A stretch of 64,000 bases of DNA from Camelus dromedarius (GCF_036321535.1 NC_087437.1:34660001-34724000); one strand, 5' to 3'; positions 35,186-48,734 are shown, numbered from the stretch's first letter. Notes: generated by a model not told the origin, from the sequence alone. Numbers and translations are program-made.

Positions 35186-36325
35186 CTGTCAGTTTCTGGT
35201 TGAAGCTTTATAGTCTCATAATTTGGGCAATAAACTGCACCTTAGCATAGTTGAGGTGAACACTGTCTGGTCTTCTTGTGTTGATCAGTAAGACTTGGAG
35301 TTTCTTCTTTGACAGCTGCGTTCCTATGTCCTGTGACATGTTGGTAGGTGGATCTTATAATTACCTAAGAAAGTCCTGAAATGAAAAAACTCTTGGGTCA
35401 TAAGCCAGAGCAGGGGGTGACTCACATTTAAATACAGTTCTCATCCACTCCCCTTCTTTGTTGGCAGAATCTCTCTCCCACTACAGAGACTCTGTCACAT
35501 TTTTGCCTGTTTGCTCGTGGAAGGCTTGCATAGACATTATAGTGTCATGAATAAAGCCATTAGCAACAAAGAACAATGATTTATGTTTTATTTTAAAGTA
35601 CCAAAGGCTTGACTTTAGGGTAAGTATGTAGGGGTGAGTATGTGTTTGCATAATTTCTCTTTATACTGAAGCACTGTTTTTTGGGGGGGTAGTGAGGGGG
35701 GAGGACAGAAATAATTTCCTAATATGAAGTTAATTTCGAACAGCAAAATATTATTTTCTCTTTTGTTTATAATACTGACTTAGTATGTTAGCTTGAGTAG
35801 ACGCTAGTCTTGTGTTTCCATTCCAGAAGGCTAGTGCTTTATTCTCTTAGTTAACCTTAAGTCAAGCCCAAGCTTTGGTGATGGCTAGTTATAATCTGTT
35901 TTTAATAGAAGTCTTCAAAGGTGAAGTTTAAGTAAACAGAGGGAGCCATTATTTTAAAAATAGTTAATGGCACTGCAGTACCTTTGTGGCTTTCTTTGGT
36001 AGTTAGAGGCCCTCCCTTGAAAAGTACCAAACATTTAAAATAAATATTCATATAGAGAAGAATCATGCATTCTGATAAACTGATATCCTTTCAATAAAGT
36101 TGAAACCTGTGCTATGAAAAGCTATGCTTAAAAAGTAAAGATATAATACTTTACATCTGAAAAATGAATCTATAAATCTTGATTACATGATCTCTCTGGA
36201 GAATTTTTTTTTCCCTTTCTGGTTAGTGAGAATGGAGCCCAATTTAATGGAACTTTAACTGCCTCCAACTTTTCTGGAATGAGGGAGGGCTTTGGTAGTT
36301 GAATTCTGTTAAGAATGAGACTTAC

Positions 36326-36438
36326 GGGGGGAAGGTATAGCTCGGTGGTAAAGTGCATGCTTAGCATGCATGAAGTCCCGGATTCAATCCCCAGCACCTC
36401 CATCAAATTGAATAAATAAATCTAATAATAATAAAAAA
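36326..36438 (+). mobile_element. Vic-1-like tRNA SINE (short form)
   Basis: Perfect 15-bp TSD aagaatgagacttac (36311-36325, 36439-36453). Confidence 0.92.
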
Positions 36439-38011
36439 AAGAATGAGACTTACTTTCCTCCATTCCTAGAAGACATGGGAGTTCTTGTCTGCTACTGGGC
36501 ACGGGCCACCCAAAGGTAAGTTTGGGGCCATTGCCTGTAACCGTGTAAGATGTATATTGTACAGTGATACCAGTTAGAGAGACATTATTATCTAATGTGT
36601 ACAGAAGAACTGTATGTTCCCCAAGCCAGTATTCTCTGGGCCTGTAATCACTTGCAAAAGGTGCCTTTTTCTAATTTGTACAAAAGTGAAAGTCACTATA
36701 GCAATAGGCTGTATTCTGAGACTCACTCTTTACCAGACCATTTACCATCATTGCTGCCCTCCTTGTTCTGCTCCTGTGTGAGCTGCTGACAGATAATCTG
36801 TGTGTCTTAGTTGCTAAACCAAAGACCAGTTATCCATTGCATGTTATGTCAGCAAACCTTATGACTTCCCTGGAGAAGTGAATACTTATTTGCATTTGCT
36901 TTTTAACACTTCTGGTCATTATAAATGTGAATGGGGATTTAATGCCCTGTAGCAATAAATCTTAAATATTTCAAATGGTACTCTTAATAGGACAGTCTGT
37001 ATTCAGCACTACTCTTGAACAGTGAAGTTTTAAATCTAAAAACATTTGCAAATTTTTATTCTCTTAGTTACAGAATTGCCTTAGGGCAGAAACTGTTTTA
37101 TTCTGATAAGTAGGTACTGTTTCTTTTTAATCTGGTAAGTGCTTTCATTTCTCCTTTTAATCGAATAGATTAACTCTCAGTTAAATTAGTCACTGGGCAT
37201 TTTCTGACCAAATAAGTCTCTTAACTGACACTGTCAGGATTTTGTGGAAATTGAGACATAGTAGGATTTTGATCATACTGTTTGCCTTTTTGATCCCTAG
37301 GATAATGGTCTGAATTTGCTATAAGAACTGATTTGCATAGGTATATGGTAAATATAACTGTCCCAGAATTTGGGATTAAGAAGTTTTTACTTCTCCTTTA
37401 TTTTAACACTTAGATGTTTTTCTAAATTTCTGTTTAGAAAGAAGATAAATTTTCTCTTTGGATAGGCCTGGCAGGGATCTTGAATTGTCATATAATCCAA
37501 ATATAGTGCCTAAGGCCTCACAGCTACATGAATAATCTATTTTTAAAGACTTTTCATCAAGGAGATTCCACACTGTCCCTGGAGAATTTTTTTCTCTATA
37601 ATCCTCTCAGGAAAATCATCTTTCTGTGTGAACTACATCCCTTTGGTTTAAGCCTATTTCTTTTAGTCTGGCCTCAACAGACATAAATTAGGATTAGGTT
37701 GTTTCCATTTGTAAATCAGTAAGATTATGGTCATTAAATATTTCCTCCTCCGCATAATAAATAGGTACATCAAATTTGTGCGAGAAGTATTCATCTCAAA
37801 AAAGGAGATACAAGGTAATTTCTGCTGGAGGCGGAATAGTTTCCAGATGATCAATAATACCTCCTTTTTGTTAAAAGCTGGTGTGGCAATTAAGGAAATG
37901 TCCTCTTCCAGTTTTATAGATTGGCTGGTTTTGTCTTGTATGTCCATTGTCAGAGACTTAAGCTGCAGCTGTAGTAAACTCCAGCTGCACATCTAGATGG
38001 TGCACTGTTTG

Positions 38012-38465
38012 AAAGGCTTTGGTTGCAAGTGACAGAAAACTCAAGTGGAAGCAGCTTATCACACCAGAGACATTTATTATCTCACATAACGAAAGGCCTG
38101 GAAGCAGGTGTTTCCAAGGTTGGTTGATTCAGCTGCTCAGTGACTTCAAGTCTTTATATAGCTATTTCCAGAGACGTTAAAAAGAAACTACCTGTCCGGT
38201 GTCCTTAAAGCCCGAGGAAAACCTTCCTGGAAACTACCCTTCACATCTCCTAGGCCAGAATTGTGTTCGTGCCTAAACCAATGGCTTGGCCATGGGAAAA
38301 CCATCACCATGATGATAAACTCTGACCCAGCATAATTCACCCTGGGTCTGGGGAGGAGCCCAGCCTCCTGTAGAGGTCACAACAGCCTCAGAAGGTGACC
38401 AAGACTGGAGTTTTGTTAGCTAGGTGAGAGAGAAGCGGGAATGGTTATTGGTTGGGCCAACATTC
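38012..38465 (-). mobile_element. MaLR LTR (MLT1J-like)
   Basis: ttggttgcaagtgacagaaaactc...tttattatctcacataac...ggccagaattgtg...ctaaaccaat. Confidence 0.75.
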
Positions 38466-39853
38466 CAAGAAGTCTTGGGAAACTATTAGTAGGTAGTTGT
38501 CTAATTTAAGTTTTTTCTCTGTTCTTTGTAAAGTAACAAGGAGGGGCCTGGGTGTTTGGAGAAAAACAGGTGATTATTTTTTTCCCCTAATATGAGGGTT
38601 CAGTACAGTTAATGCTATTGATCAGCATGGAAGTATCACAGCAGTTCTTTTGTTGGCTGTCTGTTTCTATTTTACTGTCTTCCTGTTACAGAAAATGAGT
38701 TTGTTGGTCAAATTCAGTAGGATTTTAGTCTCTTATTTATGACGTGTCATAAGTTTTATTATTTTGTTTTAAAATATTTGAATCTACTCTAGGCCAAGGA
38801 GAGGGGATTCCCAGGAGGTTCAGAATTTTTATATGCATTTTGTGGGGGAGATTCAGGCATTAGTCTAGGCTAGAGGGAGAAGGGAGAGCGTTAAAGTCTT
38901 CAGATTTTTCTGCAGGCCGAATGAATGCTCTTGGAGTAAATGCTAATGGAGTAAGTGTGAGTGAAGTACTTACTCTGCTGCTGCTATAAATTGGTTACAA
39001 TGACGGCATCTTTTTGTTGTCTTCCCGACTGATTATTGCCAGTATGTAAAAGTACTGCCTAAACTTCCTGTTTAGTTTTAGTAGCTTTTCTGGTGATTCA
39101 TTTGCTGCTTTTTTCCCATAAAGATATGCAACCATATTTGTCTACAAATAATGTAATTGTGTCTCTTACTTTTTAAATAGTTACACCTTTTGTTTGTTTC
39201 CTGCCTCAATGCCTTTATTAGAACAGAACAATGTGTAAATCTGTAAAAGGTACCATTTTACTGTACCTTCGATAAGATAATGGAGTAAGAAACTGAAATA
39301 TATTTTGAGATTTTTTTCAGGTGGTGACAGGAACTTACTTCTTTTACCAAGAGTATATTATGTATTTCTGGTGATTGCTTTGAGAAAATTTAGTTTCTTA
39401 AAGTTTTAAAGATACAAAGGAGAATAAACATGACTTTTTGGAATTAGGAGTAAGATTAATTTATCCTGATTATTTTGAAAGTCAATTTTAGAAAGATAAT
39501 TATAATGCCATATTGAATACTTTATTTTTAATCTAAGTGCCAGCCATATCTTTGACACCAGATGGGATACAGAGATGGGCACCCAGCCTGGTAACTTATA
39601 CTCATAAATACATAGAAAAAGTTTATACTTGCTATTTCTTTCTTGCCTATGGCTTCAGACCCTCGGGGATTTTATTCCCTGGGGATTTCAGAATAGGGAC
39701 CAAGTGGGGAGTCTAACCTTTCCCACTTTCCTGGTGTCTTTCCTGAGCATCTGATATGGTCCTTCCAGCCTGAACTGTTTTGGTAAATGTCTAGTCCTGG
39801 GTTTAAGAATGAGACTTTTCGAGCATCAAGGAATTCTTGGAAAGGAAGCTTGT

Positions 39854-40019
39854 TTTTTTTTTTTTTGTTTTTTTTTTTTAATTGAAGTATAGTCAGTTAC
39901 AAGGTGTCAGTTTCTGGTGTACAGCACAATGTCTCAGTCATGCATATACATACATATATTTGTTTTCATATTCTTTTTCATTAAAGGTTATTACAAGATA
40001 TTGAATATAGTTCCCTATG
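39854..40019 (-). mobile_element. Short young L1 3' end
   Basis: Long polyT; TSD ggaagcttgt (39844-39853, 40020-40029). Confidence 0.9.
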
Positions 40020-40514
40020 GGAAGCTTGTACTTTAAATATCCATGAGATTCAAGGGGATGCTGATGAAGAAATCACACTGGTTAAGAGCTGGGATCCTGA
40101 CAGCAGCCAGAGAAGCTCTCTACAGTCTCCTATTAGATCCACAGACCCTGCTCTGGTTCATGGAGTCACATAGCGAGTGATGGAAATTGTTTATCCCCAA
40201 AGCATTATGTAATGCAAGCAGTTTTAGACGTGAAAGAGTACAGGCAGGCATGTACTTTGGAAATATTGCCTAAGAGGGAATTCTTTGACAGGAAGGACAG
40301 CTAGTTTTTTTTTTTTTTTTTTCCTCTCAGAAATAGGATAACAGTGGGAGTGCCCAACTGATGTTTCCACTTTACCAGAGAGAAGCCCTCATGGTGACTG
40401 TATGTTATGAAGATTAGGACGTCCACTTTCCTCATTTAAAAACATTTAACATTGATACGATATTATTATCTGAGACACAGTCCAGATTCCAGTTTTGCCA
40501 GTTGCCGCAACTGC

Positions 40515-41350
40515 TCTTTTTACAAACAGCTTTACCGAGGTATGATTGGCATACAATAAACTGCACATATTTAACATATACAAGTCGATTAGTTTTGTGT
40601 ATCTTTTTGGAACCATCCGCCACCATCAAGATAATGAACATATCCATCACCCTTGAAAGTTTCTTCACGCCCTTTGTAATACTTTTTTCCGGTGTCCTTC
40701 TCCAATCCCTCTCTCCATCGCTTGGCAACCATTAATGTGCTTTCTGTCACTGTAGAGTTAGTTTGCATTTTGTAAATGGAATTTATATAAATGGAAATAT
40801 GGAGTATGTACTTTCTTTTTTCCTGGTTCCTCTCCTTCCCCCGCCAACAGTATAATCATTAAAATTCACCTGTGTTGTTGCATCTATCATTTACTTTTAT
40901 TTCATTTTTTTAAATTTTCATTAATTTTTTTTTAATTTTCATTTATTTTTATTGCTTGGTAGTCTATTGTATGGATATACCAAAATTTGAACATCCATTC
41001 ACATGTTGTTGGACCTTTGAATTGATGCCAGTTTTTGCCTGTAAACATTCATGTACAAGTCTTTGTGTTGACATATGCTTTCATTGCTCTTGGGTAAATA
41101 CCTAGGAGTAGAGTGGCTAGATCATACGGTAGGTGTATATTAGCTTTTAAAAAAAATAGCTAAACTGCTACTCCAAAGTGGATATACTGTTTCACATTTC
41201 CATCATCGGTGCGTGAGAATTCTAGTTGCTCCATATCCTTGCGGATCTTTTAAGTTCCAGTATGTCTGGTAGTTGTGAAGTGGTTTCGCAGTGTGTTTTT
41301 AGTTAGCATTTTCCTAATGACTAATGATGTTGAGTATCTTTTTAATGTTG
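40515..41350 (-). mobile_element. L1MB/L1MC-type 3' region
   Basis: tacaataaactgcacatattt...gggtaaatacctaggagtagagtggctagatcat...ctaatgactaatgatgttgag. Confidence 0.85.
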
Positions 41351-41914
41351 TTTTGGGAAGATGGCCTTCTTTTGAAGACATAGAAGAGGATAGTTATCAA
41401 ATCTTTGTTTTCTTGTAAAATCTGACTTTTATCTTTGTCTGTGTGGCATGAGTTGAAAAAAGAGAATGAGAGTTGGAAGGGATAGGGGTGGTGAGACATG
41501 ACTCTGTTACTGAAAGGAGAGAGGTGAGGAGTACAGCCTAAAAATAAGAGCTGTTTTGAGGTTTCACAGGGTAACAAAGAACTCAGATGAAACAAGGAGA
41601 GCAGAAGAGAGAGACGAGGGCCTGTGACCACTGAGGACAGTCTGTGTTATCGGATTCTTTCATTTTGTTAAAACCACGTGTTCTTGTATTCCACATGAAG
41701 GATATGAATGAGACTTTTCTTAGAAGCGTGCCTTTGAAAGCGGAGACTGGAGACACTTGCTTCTGCTTTCTTTCTAGTCATTTTCTATTGTCATCTGACA
41801 GTTTTTCAAACCTGGTTTTTTGCAGGTCTCTGGGGGCCTCAGAATTGCTATGTGCGCCAGCTTGTTTTCAGCCCTTATCTTCTTAGGTTTCTCTGTGGGA
41901 CCTGGCTTTCTTGA

Positions 41915-43235
41915 CCACCTCTGTCTTCTTAACAGTCATCTCTTCGGCCTTAGTGACACTCTAATGTTTTTTTTATTTCTCTCTTCTTCTCTGCCTTTTT
42001 TGAAGTTCTCACTTCTTCGTGAACCTGTGTTTCGAGGATGGCTATACTCAGTGTGCTGGTCCCTTTTTGTTTCTTTGCACCAGAATGTGCAGCCTGCATG
42101 GACTCAGAGCAGAGGGCTCCTCTTCCCTTCTAGAGCCCACAACCTTACCTGCTGACTTTCTGTTTTCTTTCTTGGTGTCACCTCGATAACAACCTGTCTG
42201 AAACCGAATTTGCCTCCTGTGTCCCTAGATTATTTCCTCTCCAGACTCGTCTCCTCCTCTCATGCTGCTGTCCTTCTCTTGGTCTCCCACTCTTGAAACT
42301 ATGTCATCTCTGCCTCTTCCCTGTTCATTCAAGTCTGTGAGACTTTGTATCATAACTTTCCTCTCTGCCTCCATCTTTATAGTCCCACGGCCACCATCCT
42401 AAGTCAGGCTTCCATCAGTGGCTTCCTAACAGAGCTCTCAGTCTCTGGTCACTCCCCTTTCCAGTCTACTCTCTGACGTCTCTGACAGGTCAGCCTTCAG
42501 TACATTGTTTCTTTTAAAAGAGTCTGTGATTTCTACCAACCATCATTTATTTCTCTGAAATTTGTTTTTTTTTTTGGGTTCTCCTCATGGCATCCCTGAC
42601 TACTTTACCTTACTCAACCTTGTCTTCTATTGATCCCCTACAGAACACTCACACTGCAGCAACATTGGTCTCTATATTATTCTCTGAATACCTGATGGGT
42701 CCACATGCCCACTGCTGCTACTTGTTAAAAACTCTATTCCATGCTCTGAGAAATTCTTCATTCTTCTTTCCCCATAGCTATGTCTTGTCTTTATTTCAAG
42801 GCTCCCTTCAATTTCTGGCTCTTCCATGAATTTTTGGTTGGTAAGTCAGCTCTGAGTTATCATTCCCTCCTTTGATCTTATGGTTTGTGACAGACAGTCG
42901 ATCATTTTGTGTTGTTATTCATTTTTTTAAATTGAAGCATAGTTCGTTTACAATGCTGTGTCAGTTTCTGGTGTACAGCATCATGTTTCAGTCATACATA
43001 TTAATATTCATTTTTTTAATTGAAGTACTGTCAGTTACAATGTGTCAGTTTTTGATGTACAGCACAATGTCCCAGTCATGCATATACATACACATATTCA
43101 TTTTCATATTCTTTTTTAATATTCATTTTTAAGGTACTTTTTCTCTGCAGCCGGAGTTAAGCTTCCTTGAGTTTCATGCCTCTGTTGAGTCCCTGTGGTA
43201 TGCCTGCACTGTTCTAGATGCTTGCACTCTAATAC
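41915..43235 (+). mobile_element. Degenerate L2 (interrupted)
   Basis: Pyrimidine-rich L2 body (cacctcgataacaacctgtctgaaaccgaatt; ccaccatcctaagtcaggct) and 3' end (taagcttccttgag...). Confidence 0.6.
42927..43115 (-). mobile_element. Two tandem ultra-short L1 3' ends at the same target site
   Basis: Two aattgaag...tacaatg...gtacagca...cagtcat units separated and flanked by three copies of tattcattttt. Confidence 0.85.
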
Positions 43236-43364
43236 TAACGATGCCTCACAGTAATGCTAGAAATAATGGTGCCTTACAAATGAAAAGGAAACACCAGGTC
43301 GTGTGAGCGCATTTGCGATCACTCACATCCCCTGGAAACCACGGGCCCTGCGCATCCTTACCGT

Positions 43365-43530
43365 GGAGTGGCTGCCTGCAGCATGCCAGGTGCCCTCCCT
43401 GACGCTCTCACTGAGTCCGCATCGTCTTCGGAGGCCGCCGCTGTTACCTTCATTGACGGCTGGGGAAACTGAAGCTCGGACTACTGTGTGCCCAGGTTAC
43501 ACAACTGCTAAGCAGCAGAGCTGGGATTAA
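43365..43530 (-). mobile_element. MIR (unusually CpG-rich)
   Basis: gggaaactgaagctc...tgcccaggttacacaactgctaagcagcagagctgggatt. Confidence 0.75.
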
Positions 43531-45059
43531 AATATCTCCCTTGTCTTCCCCACTTCTGTAGCCCTCCTCTTCTGTGTACCATGCTTTTTTTTTTTTTGCA
43601 CTTTTACAGGCCTGGTTTGGCAAGGCATTCACATGGGGATTATTTCTGAGGTACTGTTAACACTCAGTTTCTAACCCTTCAGATTATCTGTAACACATGT
43701 TTCAAGTACATGGCAATGGAATCAAGTAGAGGAGATAAAGTAGTTTATTTACACCATTCACTTGTATCTCTTTGTTTTTCTCATCAACTCTTGTGGCTTC
43801 TGTAATGTATAGTCCATCCAGCAGCCCTTTAAATAATGACCAAGGAAAATGCAGATTAGATATATAGACTTTAGAAGGTTAGCCTGGTGAGTGGTTTTCA
43901 TCAGTTTGACAGGTCACTCTATTTCTGGTTGTAAGGCAGGGATTTTGAGAATGGAGGCTGGCTCTTCAGAGGGAGCTAGGCACCATTCTCCAATTTAACT
44001 CGGCCTACCCTTCCAAAGATGGTTCAATTATGTGGTTAGGGGTGTTATAGATTATAGAACATCAGGCATGCCTCAGTTTTCAAAAGTAAGTACAAAAGAA
44101 CACATCCTAGAGCTCAATTGAAAAAAAAAGTTCTATCTATAGCCTCCCTCGAAAAAGCATCATGCAAAATAAAATTATACATAGTATTTAGTGAGTATCA
44201 AAGAGTGGGGAAATGTAAATGAAAAATTTCAGCTGCCTAGGGGTGGAAACAGTAATTCATAGACTTAAGATTTGAAACTCAAATATGCTTGGTTTATACT
44301 TAAAGAAGAGAAGCATCAGATAAGTTGCATGACAGAACAGAAAATAGCTTACTGACAGTGTGGGAATACCATAGAAAGGTACAAATGTCATCCACTTTAT
44401 CTTATTTTACCTAATGTCACCAAAATATATGTTTCCTCTACACTAATTATCAAGTTAAAGGAAAGGCATTTGAGAAAACATCCAGGATGAGGAGTTTATA
44501 GAATTCTCATGTACAAAATGGACATTTTATACTTTGAGGGGCTTTTTGAATCATATTGAAAACCAAGCAACTCAATTCTTAACAGGTAACACCAATAGCT
44601 ACCTCTTTTTCAGCCTCTCCAACCTCAGGAAACAGAAGTTGCTTTGTTATTCTTTTCACACATGCAGTTATTACTAATCACCATTCCAGAGAAAGGTGAG
44701 GTCTCCTAGGATGAAAACATAATATTTCCTCAAGCATTAGATTAAATTTCCCTTTGGCAGTATTGAAACTGAGTTGAAAAATGTTTTTACCTTCCTGAAA
44801 TTGAGTAGAAGTTATGGCTGTGAGTGTTCGGGTTAGTGTTATGCTTATTTTTCCTGTTTAGTTGTTGTATGTCTCCTTTCAGATATACCGTACTACCTTG
44901 GTGCCTTATACACATGGGTACCCCATAAATGTTTGTCAAATTAATCTCATCAGAGAATCAGTGAAGATTAGTGCTATGAAGGGTTTTTGGTAGCTTTTCA
45001 TTTTCTCTAGAATCAAAGTTTAATCTAAATAATTTTGAAAATATTTTCTTTTCCTTAAA

Positions 45060-46003
45060 ATATTTTAAAATTGTGATAAAAATCATATACTATCAACCAT
45101 CTTAACCATTTTTAAGTGTACAGCTCAGTAGTGTTAAGTATAGTCACGATGTTATGCAGCAGATATCCAGAACGTTTTCATCTTGGAAAACTGAAACTCT
45201 GTATCTATCAAACAATAATTGCCATTTACACCTACTTCTATCCTTCTATAACCACCATTCAACTTCCTATTTCTATGAATGACTAATTGAGATAACTCAT
45301 GTAAGTGGACTCATTCAGTATTCGTCTTTTTGTGACTGGTTTATTTCACTTAAAATGTCCTCAAGATTCATCTGTGTTGTAGAATGTGATAAGATTTCCT
45401 TCCTTTTTAAGGCTGAATGATATTCTGTCATCTGTGTGTACTATATTTTGTTCATCCATTCATCTGTCAGTGGATATTTGGGTTGCTTCCATCTTTTGGC
45501 TACCGTGATAGTGCTACTATGAGTATGGGTGTGTAAATATGTCTTTGAGATTCTGCTTTCATTTTAGGGGGCAAAATACCTAGAAGTGCGATTGCTGGAT
45601 CATATAGTAGTTCTATTTGTAATTTTTTGAGGAATTGCCATACTGTTTTCCATAGTGGTTGTACCATTTTATACTCCTACCAACAGTGCACAAGGGTTCC
45701 AACTTCTCCATTTCCTCACCAACACTTCTTATCTTCTGTTTTTTTAAGTTGGAGTCAAACTAATGGGTGTGAGGTGATGTCTCATATTTTTATTTGCATT
45801 TCTCTAATGATTAGTGATCTTGAGTATCTTTTCATATACCTGTTGGCCATTTGTATATCATCTTTAGAGAAAGGTCTATTCAAGCCTTTTGTCGATTTTT
45901 AAATCAGATTATTTGTTTTTGTTGTTGAGTTTTAATAGTTCTTTATATTCTAGATATTAACCCCTTTTCAGAGAAATGGTTTGGAAATATTTTCTCCCAT
46001 ATT
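45060..46003 (-). mobile_element. L1MB-type ORF2 end and 3' UTR
   Basis: ttttccatagtggttgtaccattttatactcctaccaacagtgcacaagggttcc; aaatattttctcccat. Confidence 0.9.
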
Positions 46004-46339
46004 TCTAGTAATGTTTTTGTAATTTTTTATATTGATATAATTTCAAACTTACAGAAAAGTTGCGAGTCTAAGACAAGGAACTCCTGTATACTCTTTATTC
46101 AGAGTTACTGTTTTTTAAAAAAGTGCCTGGGTGTCTTGACATTTTGTTGTGCCCTTTAGACAGAATGAATTATTTGTGACTTTGGGAGATATACAAATAT
46201 AAACACGATCCCTGTCTGAATGTGAAAAAAAGAATGTTTATAAGCAACAGGTACAGGTTAGAATAATGTGGATAAAATAAGAAGTGAGAGGGGGCCAAAA
46301 GTAAGAATAACTTGAGTAACTAGAACTGCAGACCTGTCC

Positions 46340-46697
46340 CAGTGATTTTCAACATGGGGTTTTGTTTTGTTTTGTTGGGGGGTAGGGAATTAGATTTATT
46401 TAACGAAAGTACAGGGGATTGAACCCAGGATCTCATGCATACTAAGCACACACTCTGCCACTGAGCTATATCTTCCCCCTCTCAACACGGGGTGTTTTTG
46501 TCTCCTGGGGGACTTCTGGCAATGTTGGAGACATACTGATCCCAACTGCAGAGGGCATGGGAGAAAGTTGTACTACTGGCATCCAGTGGGTAGAGACCAG
46601 GGATGCTGCTAAACGTCCTATAATGTATAGGACAGCCCCACACTACAAACAATTTTCCAGCCCAGAATCTTAATAGTGACAAAGCAGAGAAACCTTG
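46340..46697. mobile_element. MER20 (hAT-Charlie), split by a SINE
   Basis: cagtgattttcaac...tggcaatgttggagacat...tactggcatccagtgggtagagaccagggatgctgctaaacgtcct...gagaaaccttg. Confidence 0.88.
46361..46479 (-). mobile_element. Vic-1-like tRNA SINE inside MER20
   Basis: TSD tcaaca(t/c)ggggt (46349-46360, 46482-46493). Confidence 0.88.
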
Positions 46698-47194
46698 CCC
46701 TATGCTTGGGAACCAGACTTTGCAGAAAACCTGTCTTGAGAACTTTAAAGGCTTTGGGCTTAGAAACTGTCTCAAACACATCCAAAGCACTTGGATAACA
46801 CAGTGAAGACTATACTTGGTAAAAGAATAAGTATGAAAAAAAAGTTTCTTTTTTCTTTTTTTGTGTATAACCCACAATAAGAGGGCTTAGTTGGTTTGCT
46901 TACAATAAATTTCTGCAGTGAGCAGTCTAAAAATGCTTTCCCTGGTTGTATTTTGTATTGCAGTCACTTACAGCTCACGTGTTCCTGTTATTGTGTTCTC
47001 TTTTCTTTGCCCTCTCTGCTGTAGAAAAACTATATAAACTCTGAAAAAAGCAAACATTACTATACAAAAAGTTTGAAGCTTAGAGGAAGAAAGCAGTGGT
47101 TTTGGGGGAAGGTCCCTTAGATGGCTTCCCTTCCATTCTCGCTCACTGTGGAGAAGCTAGGGGTCAGCTCTGCTTTATCACTCGCTCCTCCAGG

Positions 47195-47930
47195 CTGGGA
47201 GACTAGAAATAGGATGGATGTTGACATCCTGTAGACGCAGATTTGATTGCCAGCCCACCCATTACTAGCTGTCTGACCTTGGGCAAGTAAACTGTATCCT
47301 CTGAACTCGGTATTGTCTTCTCTGCTAGGGGGATAATATGTGCTTCTCTCTGTGGTGAGGGGCAGTGGGGTGCAGTGGTTAAGGCTGTGAATTCTCACAC
47401 TTAATTGCCTGCCTTCAAATCTTCACTCTGCTACTTCTTATGCCCTTTGGTGAGTTTCTCAACCTTTCTAGGCCTCAGTTTCTTCCCTTGAAAAATGAGA
47501 AGAGGACCTACTATATAGCACAGGGAACTATATTAAATATCTTGTAATAACCTATAATGGAAAAGAATTTGAAAAAGAATATATATATGTATATGTATAA
47601 TTCAATCATTTTGCTGTACAACTAAAACTAACACAACATTGTAAATCAACTGTACAATTAAAAAAATCTGAATACAGAAAAATAAATGAATAAATAAATA
47701 AAATACTTCAAATTAAAAAAAGAAAAAAGAAAAATGAGAAGAAATATAATAATATTTACCTCCTAGGACTGTTATGACATTATAAATGAATTAATACATG
47801 TAAAGCACTTTAAGTGGTGCCAGGCACATAGTAGGCACTCAGTAAATATTGGCTATTTTGGGGATTAATTTGACAAATAGGATGTAAAGAACCCTGTAGT
47901 GTCTAGCAAATAGAAGGTGCTGTTAAATGC
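47195..47930 (+). mobile_element. Two nested MIRs (the inner MIR interrupted by L1)
   Basis: MIR 5' and core at ~47195-47360, a second MIR at ~47365-47856, and a MIR 3' part resuming at ~47860. Confidence 0.7.
47504..47728 (+). mobile_element. 5'-truncated L1 3' end
   Basis: ggacctactatatagcacagggaactat...; 14-bp TSD gaaaaatgagaaga (47490-47503, 47729-47742). Confidence 0.9.
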
Positions 47931-48734
47931 TTTATAAACATTTAACTTTTAGTAGTAGACCATATATTATAATATAATGCCATTATTACAAAATGTCATT
48001 AGCCCCTGAAGTTAATTAAATGAGTGGGGGTTTGAGCTTAAGAAGTCTTCAGGATGCAGAAAGGAAACTGATCATTTTTTTGCCTCCTACTTGTATCTGG
48101 CAGACTCCTTTGGAACCTTATTCAAAAACATGCTTAAAGAATTACAGGCGTAGCCAGACTTCTGAGGAATTATAAAAGGCCAGAATTCTGTGGAATTATG
48201 AGAGCCACCTGGATGCATGGAATGATGAGGGAGGTTTGGGTTGGAAATAGTTGTTTTTCTAGTCCAACTTTCACAAAGATACACTTGGTGGAGAGGAAGT
48301 GGAGAAATAGCAGGGAAAGTTTCTTTTCAAACTCCACGTTGATCCTTGGAGTATGGGTGGGTATCAGGGTGGGTGAAGGGGTCCTGTGCTTCTTGACTGC
48401 ATAGGGGATTTAGACTCACTCAAAGGCAACTTATTGTGGAACCAAATATTGGGTTGTACCAGTTGCTGCTGGGTGTTGGGTTTTAGACAGACGTATTTAT
48501 AGGTCACACGTGGTGCAGCCCTTTCTTGAAATGCAAGAATACGTGATCTCATTGTAAGATAGTGTTTGTAAAGGGTTTGGCACAGTGCCTGGCATTGTAG
48601 TGCTTTACTAAAAAGTTAGCTAATGTCACCATCATCATCAGCTTCATTGTTAGTCTTAACCTTTTATGTCTGAGTTCAGTTAAGAAATGAAGTCTTCACT
48701 ATTCATTCAGCAACTTGATTTCTCTTTTTCTAAT

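Noticed and set aside
39803..39817. 15-nt match (ttaagaatgagactt) to the SINE target site at ~36309
   Set aside because: An isolated AT-rich match of this length is plausible by chance in 64 kb, and there is no flanking homology.
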